DNA of 24,942 bases from the IMG/VR virus record IMGVR_UViG_3300012665_000085, positions 1 through 24,942 of that record; one strand, 5' to 3'. Numbering within the stretch: position 1 is the stretch's first letter; each line of letters starts with the position of its first letter. Of the stretch, positions 1-8,351 are shown piece after piece. A model generated the notes under the pieces. The model made no database searches. It saw nothing but the letters and a program-made list of their open reading frames with translations, and was not told the DNA's origin. The translations under genes were made by a program, and so were the position numbers. Source of the stretch: a virus (Duplodnaviria > Caudoviricetes).

Positions 1-1058
1 TAGGCCAGTTTATGCGTGAATGGAGCAACATTTATGAAAGTCACTCAGGTGAGCGAGGCATTTTTAACCGGTATGCTTCGGAAGATCAAGCGTCTAAGAA
101 TGGTCGCCGTGTACTCGATAAAGAATGGGGTACTAACCCTTGCTCTGAAATCATTCTCCGCCCTTATCAGTTTTGCAACCTCAGCTCAGTTATTGTTCGT
201 TCGGGGGATACACTGGAGTCTCTTAAAGAAAAAGTCACTCTTGCGACAATCTTGGGAACCTTCCAATCGACAATGACTAACTTTCCGTACCTCCGTAAGG
301 TATGGCAGACTAACACTGAGGAAGAGCGTTTGTTGGGTGTCTCGATGACAGGTATCTTGGACAATCAGTTGCTCAATGACGCCTACGATAAGGACTTACC
401 TGCACGCCTAGAGGAGCTGAAGAATGTTGCTGTGGACACTAATAAGCATCTTGCTGCTGAGCTTGGTATCAATGCTTCTGCTGCGATCACCTGCGTCAAG
501 CCGGAGGGGACGGTTAGCCAGCTTACTGGTACTGCTAGTGGCATCCATCCTCAACACAGTGCTTACTTTATTCGTCGCGTACGCTCTGATGCCAAAGATC
601 CTATCACTGCTTTCTTGAAGGATGCTGGTTTCCCTTCAGAGCCTTGTGTCATGAAGCCTGACTCAACAACTATCTTTAGCTTCCCAATGAAGACACCAAA
701 GGGTGCTAGACTGCGTGAGGACTTGACAGCTATTGAGCACTTGGACTTGTGGTTGGTATTCCAGCGCCACTGGTGTGAGCATAAGCCTTCAGTGACTATC
801 TCTGTCAATGAGAATGAGTGGCCTAAGGTAGGGGCGTGGACATGGGAGAACTTTGATGAGATTACTGGAGTTTCGTATCTGCCGATGGATGGTGGAACTT
901 ACCGACAAGCCCCATATGAGTCTATTGACGAGGCAACGTATAATGCTCTTCTTGTGGAGATGCCTAATTCGATCGATTGGGAACAAATGAAGGAGAAGAC
1001 TGACAATGTGGAAGGCGCTCAGACCTTGGCTTGTACAGCTGGCGCTTGTGAAATTTAA
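1..1058 (+). CDS. nrdJ: Class II (adenosylcobalamin-dependent) ribonucleotide reductase, C-terminal part; 5' end lies outside the window
   Basis: The frame is open from base 3 (GQFMREW...). It has the catalytic GTNPCSEI motif, QFCNL, the TCVKPxGTVSQL loop, WCEHKPSVT and a C-terminal Cys pair (CTAGACEI) typical of monomeric NrdJ. No class I small-subunit gene follows it. Confidence 0.93.
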   Translation, partial: GQFMREWSNIYESHSGERGIFNRYASEDQASKNGRRVLDKEWGTNPCSEIILRPYQFCNLSSVIVRSGDTLESLKEKVTLATILGTFQSTMTNFPYLRKVWQTNTEEERLLGVSMTGILDNQLLNDAYDKDLPARLEELKNVAVDTNKHLAAELGINASAAITCVKPEGTVSQLTGTASGIHPQHSAYFIRRVRSDAKDPITAFLKDAGFPSEPCVMKPDSTTIFSFPMKTPKGARLREDLTAIEHLDLWLVFQRHWCEHKPSVTISVNENEWPKVGAWTWENFDEITGVSYLPMDGGTYRQAPYESIDEATYNALLVEMPNSIDWEQMKEKTDNVEGAQTLACTAGACEI

Positions 1059-1137
1059 CTGGAGTTATGTGTTGCGGGTGATCGAGATGGTCACTTGCTT
1101 CCATATTATTGCTAACACTTGGAGACATTGGACATGA
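1048..1137 (+). CDS. Small hydrophobic hypothetical protein, 29 aa (MKFNWSYVLRVIEMVTCFHIIANTWRHWT)
   Basis: GTG at 1048 overlaps the end of nrdJ. TGA at 1135-1137 overlaps the next ATG (ATGA coupling). It is below the ORF-track size cutoff. Confidence 0.5.
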   Translation: MKFNWSYVLRVIEMVTCFHIIANTWRHWT

Positions 1138-1292
1138 TGATAGACTTTGATTGGTCAGGCGGTTTCGTACTAGGTATTATCCACACGGATGAAGCCATAG
1201 TGGAGACAGAAGAGGAGCAGTTTCAATTCTGCACAGCAGTTGTTATCCACCTAGGGTTCTTTAACGTAGCTATCTTATTTAATCCATCTTAG
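1134..1292 (+). CDS. Small hypothetical protein, 52 aa (MMIDFDWSGGFVLGIIHTDEAIVETEEEQFQFCTAVVIHLGFFNVAILFNPS)
   Basis: GGAG Shine-Dalgarno at 1121-1124, ATG at 1134 and TAG at 1290-1292. It fills the gap up to the terminator. Confidence 0.72.
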   Translation: MMIDFDWSGGFVLGIIHTDEAIVETEEEQFQFCTAVVIHLGFFNVAILFNPS

Positions 1293-1298
1293 AAGTAG

Positions 1299-1341
1299 AA
1301 AAGCCCTCTAATGTACCTTAATAGGTCACTAGAGGGCTTTA
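1299..1341. terminator. Bidirectional rho-independent terminator between the two convergent genome arms
   Basis: Perfect 11-bp inverted repeat AAAGCCCTCTA (1300-1310) / TAGAGGGCTTT (1330-1340), with an inner ACCT-TAAT-AGGT hairpin. T-rich tails lie on both strands, between converging stop codons at 1292 and 1360. Confidence 0.85.
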
Positions 1342-1359
1342 TAGTTTGTATGTTAGCTG

Positions 1360-1731
1360 TTAGACTAGCTCGTAGTGTGGGCCATCAAAGAAGGACTTAA
1401 AGTCTCCACCCCAGCGCATGGGGGTCTTAAGCTCTTTAGCCGCTTGTTTCATGTAGGTAGATAGGTCAATGTAGGCTTGTTTGTCCCAAGTCACAACACC
1501 ATCCTTTAACACCCAGAGGTCAACAGCCCACCCTGTGAGGTGCTTAGAGTTCAAGGTCTGGCTCTTGCCTTCATCGAATAGCTTTTGCTGCCTCTCAGCT
1601 GTTCTCAAGCCTTCACCAACAGTGAAGTCTACTGGGGTCAGCTCAATGGCTCTCTTAACCACTGCAACCAGCCTAGGGTCTACACCTTTGAGCCTGTCTA
1701 GGGACTTCTGAGATAGCTTGAATTCGCTCAT
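1360..1731 (-). CDS. Endolysin, peptidase M15 family (L-Ala-D-Glu peptidase-like), 123 aa; likely start MSEFKLS at 1731
   Basis: Motifs EGLRTAERQ, SKHLTGWAVD (SxHxxGxAxD Zn ligands), WGGDF and DGPHYEL. The ATG at 1731 overlaps the holin stop (ATGA), so the longer ORF-track start at 1803 is unlikely. Confidence 0.9.
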   Translation of the reverse strand: MSEFKLSQKSLDRLKGVDPRLVAVVKRAIELTPVDFTVGEGLRTAERQQKLFDEGKSQTLNSKHLTGWAVDLWVLKDGVVTWDKQAYIDLSTYMKQAAKELKTPMRWGGDFKSFFDGPHYELV

Positions 1732-2117
1732 CTTGCAACGCCTTGAGTCTTCTCGAATGTACGTAGACCACCCAATCCAAGCATACCTAAGAGCAGCTGC
1801 CAAAGATTGTCATCAAGGCCGGGGAAGGCTAGTTCAGGGTAGAAGGCAGTGAAGAAGGGGCGCATGAGATACTGGTAGGCCATAGCAAAAGCACAGATCC
1901 ATCCTAGGGCAGGACGCCACCCAGCTACAAACACACTGGAGGAACCAGCTTCAATCTTATTGATGTCTGTCTGAGCTGTCATCGAGGCAAGCTCACCACT
2001 TTGCTGTAGCTTCAACAGCTCAAGTCTAGCATTATTAGCCTGTGCAGGGTCAGGGATCAGCTTATCTATCAGCTTAGAACCAATACCCAGTATTACTTCA
2101 AGACCTAACATATTCAT
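1728..2117 (-). CDS. 3TM-type holin (GTA/phage holin family)
   Basis: N-terminal amphipathic helix, FVAGWRPALGW motif, hydrophobic segments and the terminal LLGMLGLGGLRTFEK. It is directly coupled to the endolysin gene. Confidence 0.85.
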   Translation of the reverse strand: MNMLGLEVILGIGSKLIDKLIPDPAQANNARLELLKLQQSGELASMTAQTDINKIEAGSSSVFVAGWRPALGWICAFAMAYQYLMRPFFTAFYPELAFPGLDDNLWQLLLGMLGLGGLRTFEKTQGVAR

Positions 2118-2120
2118 TCC

Positions 2121-4376
2121 TTAGTCTGGTTGAGCCATGCCAGTCATCTCAATACGTGTCCTGTTATCTTCACCAGCAGCCTGTGCTGGCCCAGAGACAG
2201 CTGTAGACTGTATCAAGATGCGTTGTGATTCTGGGCTAAGTTTTTTATTCATAGCTTCAACAAGCTTACGTTGATTTGTAATTGGCCCTGCTTGCATGAA
2301 AGCTGCCAAAGCTTTAGGATCCATAGCCAGAGTAATGAAGCTCTTCTCAAACTCTTCTTTGTTGCCTCGTGACAAGTATTGCATTGTTTCCTTAGCGATA
2401 GTGTAATATCTGTTAAGAAAGTTAGCGTCAGTCAAAGCAGCTTTAGGAGCGTACTCAGGAGCATTAACGCTACGAGCCTGTGTCTTACCCTTCTCAAGGC
2501 GAGTCAAGTCAGCCAATACACGATTGACAGCCCCTGTTTCCTCTTTAGTTAGGACTTGGGATACCTCATCAAACCTAGATTGACCTGTAGCCCGTTTAAT
2601 TAGACTTCCAGCTTCCTGTACAGCTTGAGCAAACGAAGCAGCACGCTCCTTATTATTCAGAGGAGTGCCTAGCTTCTTCTCTAACTCAGCGCCGATCTCC
2701 ATGCGGTTAAGCTTCTGGCTGTATTTAGCGTAGTTAGACAAGTAGTCGTTCCACAAGGTGCTGCCTGAAGCTTTGTTGATAGATTCGTCAAGGTACTTCT
2801 TGAGTGTCTTTTCTACGTTAGCAGCCTGTGCTGTAAAACTGGCGTTAGTGCCTTGCTTAGTCACCAAGTTAGCTTTGATGTCATCAGCAATCTCTTTACG
2901 GATGTTGTACAGGTCAATACTGTTGATAATTCCATTCTCATCTGTGAATTTCTCTAGCTTGCCCTTCATGCTTTGGAGAGATGAAGTCAACAGCTCGTTG
3001 GAGCGCTCACCTACTTTACTCAGACTATTGTTAATCTTATCTATAAGTGGGGCCGTGCCTAGAGGATAGAAACCCTCATCCGCTACGCTTTGCAATTGTA
3101 ACTTCTTAAAATCAAGCTCTGATTTGCGTTGTGCTGCTGCACTGCTGAACTCTTTAACAGCCCCTACGTACTCTTTTGCACGCTCGTAGTTAGGGCTGTA
3201 GCGTCCGGGGAACCTAGGCTGTCCCGGCACTGGTGTCCATGTGTTAGCCCTTACAGTTGCTTGAGCTTCCTCTGTAGCAGCCTTACCTGCACCTTGTAGG
3301 TTAGTTATAGTTGCTGCTTCACGAGCTGCGATCTCCTGTTCGAGCCTAGGGACTACCTGACCTGCAACGTTAGCCTGTGACAAGGCATCCTCACGAAGCG
3401 GGTTAGTTACAGCAGCCCTCTCCTTAGCCAATGCAGCGCGTTGCTCAGGTGTTCCAGCAATAGAGGCCAACTCAGCCCTACGAGCAGCTTCTTGCTCTGC
3501 CTGTCGGGCCAAAACAATAGGCGATGCAGAAGTCTCTTTGCCTATAGCCCTCTGAGCCGCTGCAATACCTGCACCACTTGGGGTATTAGCTAGAGCCTCC
3601 ATCGCAGTTGGCTTACTACCAGCGACAATAGGCTTAGCGTCTTCCAGAGCTTTAATGATAACTGCTTTGTCTGCCCCTGAAGCCTTCGACAGCCAATCCT
3701 GCAAAGCTTGCTTGCGACCTGATTCAGACAGTCCTTTTAAACTGTCTATAAGCTTACCAGCGCCCTTGACACCAAGCTCAGCCAGTGGGCCTAATATACC
3801 ACCTACTGCTGCCTGAGTGGCTTTATCCGACCAAAAACTATCACTGTACACAGGTTGAGTTGCACCTAATGCAGCCCCTGTTGCCACAGAACGAGCTACT
3901 CCCCCAGCAGCTGCCGCTGGGACTACAAAGTTAGCTGGGTTAATTACGTTTCCTGCAAGCCTTCCAAAGTCAAACCCAGTGTCGCCCTTAGCTGCTCGTT
4001 GCTGCTCATACGCTGCCTGTTCTTCTCGAACCATCTTATCGACACTCTGAGCCTCTGATCCGAAGAAGCGGCTGACAGGGTTTTCAGCTAGGCCACCCAA
4101 AGAAGTAATAGCCTCCAGACCACGAGGTAGAAGCTGAGCTGCTCCACTGATAGGATCTTTCAAGCCCATAGCAAAACTACTTGTGATTGGTGCTTTAGGG
4201 GCGTCAGTACGCCGAGGGTCGTTAGCCATTGTGGTACGCCCACCACCCTTCGAGGGCGCTTCAAAATCAGCGGCAGTGGCTACCCCAGCTTTAATGGCCT
4301 TTGCCATAATTTCTTGTTTAGAAGTGCCTTCAGGGACATCCTTAATTACGTATCCGTTAGGGAGTTCAATATCCAT
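2121..4376 (-). CDS. Large internal virion / DNA ejection protein (position of P22 gp16), 751 aa
   Basis: Ala/Gly-rich hydrophobic N-terminal third followed by a long helical region. It is the last of three genes after the tail nozzle. Function is inferred from synteny. Confidence 0.6.
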   Translation of the reverse strand: MDIELPNGYVIKDVPEGTSKQEIMAKAIKAGVATAADFEAPSKGGGRTTMANDPRRTDAPKAPITSSFAMGLKDPISGAAQLLPRGLEAITSLGGLAENPVSRFFGSEAQSVDKMVREEQAAYEQQRAAKGDTGFDFGRLAGNVINPANFVVPAAAAGGVARSVATGAALGATQPVYSDSFWSDKATQAAVGGILGPLAELGVKGAGKLIDSLKGLSESGRKQALQDWLSKASGADKAVIIKALEDAKPIVAGSKPTAMEALANTPSGAGIAAAQRAIGKETSASPIVLARQAEQEAARRAELASIAGTPEQRAALAKERAAVTNPLREDALSQANVAGQVVPRLEQEIAAREAATITNLQGAGKAATEEAQATVRANTWTPVPGQPRFPGRYSPNYERAKEYVGAVKEFSSAAAQRKSELDFKKLQLQSVADEGFYPLGTAPLIDKINNSLSKVGERSNELLTSSLQSMKGKLEKFTDENGIINSIDLYNIRKEIADDIKANLVTKQGTNASFTAQAANVEKTLKKYLDESINKASGSTLWNDYLSNYAKYSQKLNRMEIGAELEKKLGTPLNNKERAASFAQAVQEAGSLIKRATGQSRFDEVSQVLTKEETGAVNRVLADLTRLEKGKTQARSVNAPEYAPKAALTDANFLNRYYTIAKETMQYLSRGNKEEFEKSFITLAMDPKALAAFMQAGPITNQRKLVEAMNKKLSPESQRILIQSTAVSGPAQAAGEDNRTRIEMTGMAQPD

Positions 4377-5503
4377 TACATGTCACCCCACTTCACTGTT
4401 TTATTAGGCGTAGCAGGAGGAGTAGTGCCGCCAGAATCACCCTTAAAAGGTGTTCCGTAGTAAGACTCGACACCTTGGGACTTACGGCGAGACTCCAAAC
4501 GACCTTTTGTCTTTTCTTCTGCTTTTGTGATTGAGCCTTGGAAGCGCTTAAGAGCTGCCAAAGTCGCCTCTGTGTCGTTCTGACCGTAGGAGGCAATCAA
4601 AGCTTTAGCAAAGCGCAATACGTCTGCGTCAGTTTGAACACCTTTTTCAGCACTGACCTGCAAGTTAACAGCTGTATCAACAGCGGATTTGAGTTGCTCA
4701 TAAGCCCTTGCTTCAGGGGTGGACTTACCAGTAGCTAATTGAGCTGCGTACTTTGTGTTCTTAAGTGGGCCTAGTTCCAAAAGTCGCTTACCAGTAGCAG
4801 GGTCAACAGTCAAAGCTGCAATAGGATTAGCGAGAGCATCACGCTGAGCAGAAAAAGAATCAATAGCTGCTAAATCCTTGTCCTCTTCTTTCTGGAGAGC
4901 TGGTACTAAAGGCTTAGCTGGTTTGTCGCCCTTTAAAGAAGCTACTAACTTAGCTAGATCCTTACGGGATTCAATTCGCATTTCCTCAATTTCTTTCTTA
5001 GTAGCTCCGTCCTGCTTAGCCTTTTCAATTGCTGCTTCAGCTTTCACTTTAGCAGCTTCTATAGCAGCCTCATTGCGCTCACGAGCCATCGTCATCTTGT
5101 CAGCACGAGCATTTATAGGCTCCTCAACCAGCGCAGTAGTCTTAGCTTCTGTCAACGAGATCTCACGAGCCTTGTCCATAGCCATTGCAGCTTCAGCAGC
5201 GAAGCCGTTAGCTTGGAGCTTCATAGCAAGGGCTTTAAGACCTTCAGGGGTGCTTTCTGCTCCTTGAGAGAGGGCTTGCAACTGAGACATACGCTTGATC
5301 TGTGGGTCAGTGATATCTACACCCATAGCCTGAGCTAGACCGCCACCCAGTGAAGCCCCTGCCTCGTAGCCCATCTGACCGAGCTGCTGTGTTGTGGAGA
5401 GCTTAGCAAATTCCTGAGCACGTTGAGTAATAAGGTCGCGTTGCATCTCTTCAGGCAGTCGAGTACCGCCAAAGAGAGCTTGTAAGTTATCTGTTGCAGC
5501 CAT
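4376..5503 (-). CDS. Internal virion / ejection protein (position of P22 gp20), 375 aa
   Basis: Helical, A/K/E-rich coiled-coil composition, with a TAATG overlap to the downstream gene. Function is inferred from synteny. Confidence 0.55.
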   Translation of the reverse strand: MAATDNLQALFGGTRLPEEMQRDLITQRAQEFAKLSTTQQLGQMGYEAGASLGGGLAQAMGVDITDPQIKRMSQLQALSQGAESTPEGLKALAMKLQANGFAAEAAMAMDKAREISLTEAKTTALVEEPINARADKMTMARERNEAAIEAAKVKAEAAIEKAKQDGATKKEIEEMRIESRKDLAKLVASLKGDKPAKPLVPALQKEEDKDLAAIDSFSAQRDALANPIAALTVDPATGKRLLELGPLKNTKYAAQLATGKSTPEARAYEQLKSAVDTAVNLQVSAEKGVQTDADVLRFAKALIASYGQNDTEATLAALKRFQGSITKAEEKTKGRLESRRKSQGVESYYGTPFKGDSGGTTPPATPNKTVKWGDM

Positions 5504-5516
5504 TTATATGTGTTCC

Positions 5517-6581
5517 TTAGAAATTAGCGTAGCCTAGAGGGATCGTACCACTGCCGTAAATATCTTGCATTGTAGTTGAATTTGTGCTGTTAGCGGTGCT
5601 TGGGCCTGACCATGAACGCAACAGTTGATTCACAGCATCAGTGCCGCCTTTAATTGCACCCGTGGTAGCTGCATTTGTAGCGTTGACGCCAGATTGTTGT
5701 AAAGATCCTGCTCTAGCAGCAGCTTCATTCAAGATCCCAGCAGTACGAGCGCCACTAGTTGCCATCTGAGCGCCAATGCCAGTAGAAGTATCGAGAGCAC
5801 CTGCGCCCAAAGCCTCAGTGGAAGCTGCTCCAGCCAATGCTGTAGTGAAAGGAGCAAAAGCAGCATTCTGGAGGCCATAACCTTGACTAGCTAAGCCCAA
5901 ACCACCTGTCATCAAGCCTTGACCGAATGTAGTCTGTGCCATGCCCTGCTGCTGTGCATTAGCAGCCAACTGAGCGTCTTGCTGAGCCATAGCGTTGTAG
6001 TAAGCAGCCAACTGAGGGTTAGTACCAGCTAAGCCTTGACCGCCCTGTGTGTACCCTTGTTGAGTAGCGCCTACAGCGAGGCCGCCACGACCTTGTTGGA
6101 ACTGCTGGTTCTGGAGCTGAGCTAGTTGCTGTTCACGCCCGGGAGCCAAGAGCTGTTGCTGCTGTCCCATGTACTGCTGAGCAGCTGCCTGAGGCGACTG
6201 AGCAACGTACTGCTGACCTAGGTTAAACAAGTTGTTAGCACCGCCCATGGCTTGCTGTTGGAGTCCTTGAGCAGCGCCTACGTTAGTTAGGTTCTGACCT
6301 GCGTAGCCTAGCAAGCCCTCACGCATACCTGCAATGTCAGGAGCTACTTGGTAGCCAGCACCGATCAAGTTACCATCAGGGCCATACTGGAAGCCTGAAG
6401 TACCGAAGCGAGAGGTGACACCTACAGGACGGAACTGAGCATTGTTAGCTGCTTGTTGTCCTAGGGCAAGTTGGGATTGAGCTAGGTTGTTCTGATTTCC
6501 AGCTACCTGATTAGCTGCTGCACTCGAACCCGCTAGGCTTAAAGCCCCTGTTAAAAGACCTGTGTAATCTGGATCAGCCAT
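5517..6581 (-). CDS. Internal virion / DNA pilot (ejection) protein (position of P22 gp7), 354 aa
   Basis: Very Gly/Ala/Gln-rich with a hydrophobic N-terminus (LLTGALSLAGS), typical of podophage ejected proteins. Function is inferred from synteny. Confidence 0.6.
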   Translation of the reverse strand: MADPDYTGLLTGALSLAGSSAAANQVAGNQNNLAQSQLALGQQAANNAQFRPVGVTSRFGTSGFQYGPDGNLIGAGYQVAPDIAGMREGLLGYAGQNLTNVGAAQGLQQQAMGGANNLFNLGQQYVAQSPQAAAQQYMGQQQQLLAPGREQQLAQLQNQQFQQGRGGLAVGATQQGYTQGGQGLAGTNPQLAAYYNAMAQQDAQLAANAQQQGMAQTTFGQGLMTGGLGLASQGYGLQNAAFAPFTTALAGAASTEALGAGALDTSTGIGAQMATSGARTAGILNEAAARAGSLQQSGVNATNAATTGAIKGGTDAVNQLLRSWSGPSTANSTNSTTMQDIYGSGTIPLGYANF

Positions 6582-6811
6582 TAGTATGTACCCCCGTCAA
6601 TCGTTGCTGTAAATGTACCTGAGACAGTTAGGTTCACAGCTGTTGCGCTACCTGTCAGAGTTGAGTTGTTAGTATCTGCCTTGCTTGCGATAGCTGAGGA
6701 GATATTGTCGTATTCAGTGTTGATCTCAGTGCCTTTGATAATCTTACTGGGGTTACCGGAGTTAAGAGCATCCTTGGCAGCAAAGTTAGTGCTTTTGGTG
6801 TAGTTTGACAT
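6581..6811 (-). CDS. Small tail protein, 76 aa (tail needle/plug position)
   Basis: TAATG overlaps on both sides. Sequence YTKSTNFAAKDAL...KGTEINTEYDNISSAIASKAD, ending in IDGGTY. Confidence 0.6.
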   Translation of the reverse strand: MSNYTKSTNFAAKDALNSGNPSKIIKGTEINTEYDNISSAIASKADTNNSTLTGSATAVNLTVSGTFTATIDGGTY

Positions 6812-8349
6812 TATTGTGTTCTTCCTGATTTTACGTAGACATCTAGCTTCTGGATTGAAATAGACTTATTATTAACAGTAGTCTCAAAACCTAGCTGTAA
6901 GGTTCGACCTGCGCCGCCCACGTTGATAATCCTGTTGTCGAAGGCTGAGCCACCGTACTCACCGATGTTATATTCAGCTATGTTGTACTCAGCTGCTGAG
7001 GCGTTGGCTAGGTTAAAGTTACGACTGTTCAAGATGTCACTGAAGTCAAAGCCAAAGCGCATAATGACAGGGTATCCACCGCCGCCAATGACAGTTACTC
7101 CAACCTTCTTCAATATCTTCAATGTAGTTGGGCTACCGAAGTCAAAGTAGTTAGTGTAATACTTTAAGACATAAGTACTAGCATTGTCTAAGTAACCGCC
7201 GTAGATGCCTACGTAGCCTGTCTTACCGAACAATACTGACTTAGCTCTAGTGTACTTCATTGCGTAAGGGATAGAACCATCCCAAGTAGTTACCCTAGCT
7301 GCACCGTTCTGAAGAGTTCCTCGCATATCGAAACAATAGACAAGACCACGAGTAGGGAGAGCAAGCAAATAGAAAGCATCTTTATCACTGTATACAGCGT
7401 TGATTTCGTCCTCTGTTTCAAGTGAAATCTCAGCTACTAAGTCATCACGGACGTTAGCGCTAATGTCTCGCATAGGTGCCGACTTCTCTTGGATTGTACG
7501 CTGCATTGAACGCACGCCTGAGTCACTAAGGAAGATGATATCTGAGCCTGTGACTACAACGCTATCACGCGCCATACAGCCTACACCTGTCAGAGTATCA
7601 GCCAGTTTCAAATTGGTAGTGTCATCAGCATTAGCGTAGACAAGGATCTGACGGCGACCAAAGATATACAAGTAATGGTTATGGATAGCCATGCTGATTA
7701 TCTCATCAGCCCCGTTAGGCCATACCTGAGCCACACTTAAAGAGCCAGCGCTACCTGTATTGAGCACATGCCCAGCTAATAGGTCGCTAAACTGGACTGT
7801 GTTCTTATCTGTTGTTGTATTAGCTGACCAAGTGCGACCGTATGCACTAATAACTATATTAGCATTCTGGACAGTTCCTACATAACCAGATACCTCAGAA
7901 ATACGCTTGTATGTCGTTGTGGACACAGCTGGGTCAAAGACTAGGGGATCATGCCCTGATTGATACAGATATAGTTTACCGTTCAGAGCAGCCATCATCC
8001 AGTTAGAGGCTGTAATCGTAGGAGCTGTACCCCCACCACCATAGGTAAGCTTAGTGAGCGTAGAGCCTACCAGTTTGAACAGGAAGTTATTACCGCCTAC
8101 GATAATGTAGCTAGTACCGTCATTGGTAATCAATTCACCCAAAGCATGTACGTTAGCTGATGCTAAGTCATTATTGACTGCGTGAGCTGCTGTCCAACCC
8201 TTACGAGCGCCAATACGACCAAACTTGTCGATAACGCAGTTATTAGCTACAGTCGCGTACCCATTGTCAAGACTCACTGAAGAGTCCTGAGTATTCAGGC
8301 CGTTAAACCCGGGAGCAGCGATAGAGGTTGTTAAGAGCTTTTCAGCCAT
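6811..8349 (-). CDS. Tail nozzle / packaged-DNA stabilization protein (P22 gp10-like or tail tubular B-like), 512 aa
   Basis: N-terminal APGFNGLNTQD...NCVIDKFGRIGARKGW, a beta-strand-rich propeller-like pattern, GCMARDSVVVTGSDIIFLSDSGVRS, and a position right after the adaptor gene. Confidence 0.75.
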   Translation of the reverse strand: MAEKLLTTSIAAPGFNGLNTQDSSVSLDNGYATVANNCVIDKFGRIGARKGWTAAHAVNNDLASANVHALGELITNDGTSYIIVGGNNFLFKLVGSTLTKLTYGGGGTAPTITASNWMMAALNGKLYLYQSGHDPLVFDPAVSTTTYKRISEVSGYVGTVQNANIVISAYGRTWSANTTTDKNTVQFSDLLAGHVLNTGSAGSLSVAQVWPNGADEIISMAIHNHYLYIFGRRQILVYANADDTTNLKLADTLTGVGCMARDSVVVTGSDIIFLSDSGVRSMQRTIQEKSAPMRDISANVRDDLVAEISLETEDEINAVYSDKDAFYLLALPTRGLVYCFDMRGTLQNGAARVTTWDGSIPYAMKYTRAKSVLFGKTGYVGIYGGYLDNASTYVLKYYTNYFDFGSPTTLKILKKVGVTVIGGGGYPVIMRFGFDFSDILNSRNFNLANASAAEYNIAEYNIGEYGGSAFDNRIINVGGAGRTLQLGFETTVNNKSISIQKLDVYVKSGRTQ

Positions 8350-8351
8350 GG

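Noticed and set aside
1-1058. Intein or intron in the RNR (also considered for terminase at 23975-24942)
   Set aside because: Conserved motifs are contiguous with ordinary spacing in the visible parts, and there are no splice-junction or homing endonuclease motifs.
1732-1803. 24-aa N-terminal extension of the endolysin as a SAR or signal sequence
   Set aside because: It lies inside the holin coding sequence and is not a hydrophobic anchor. The ATGA overlap at 1728-1731 gives a better start.
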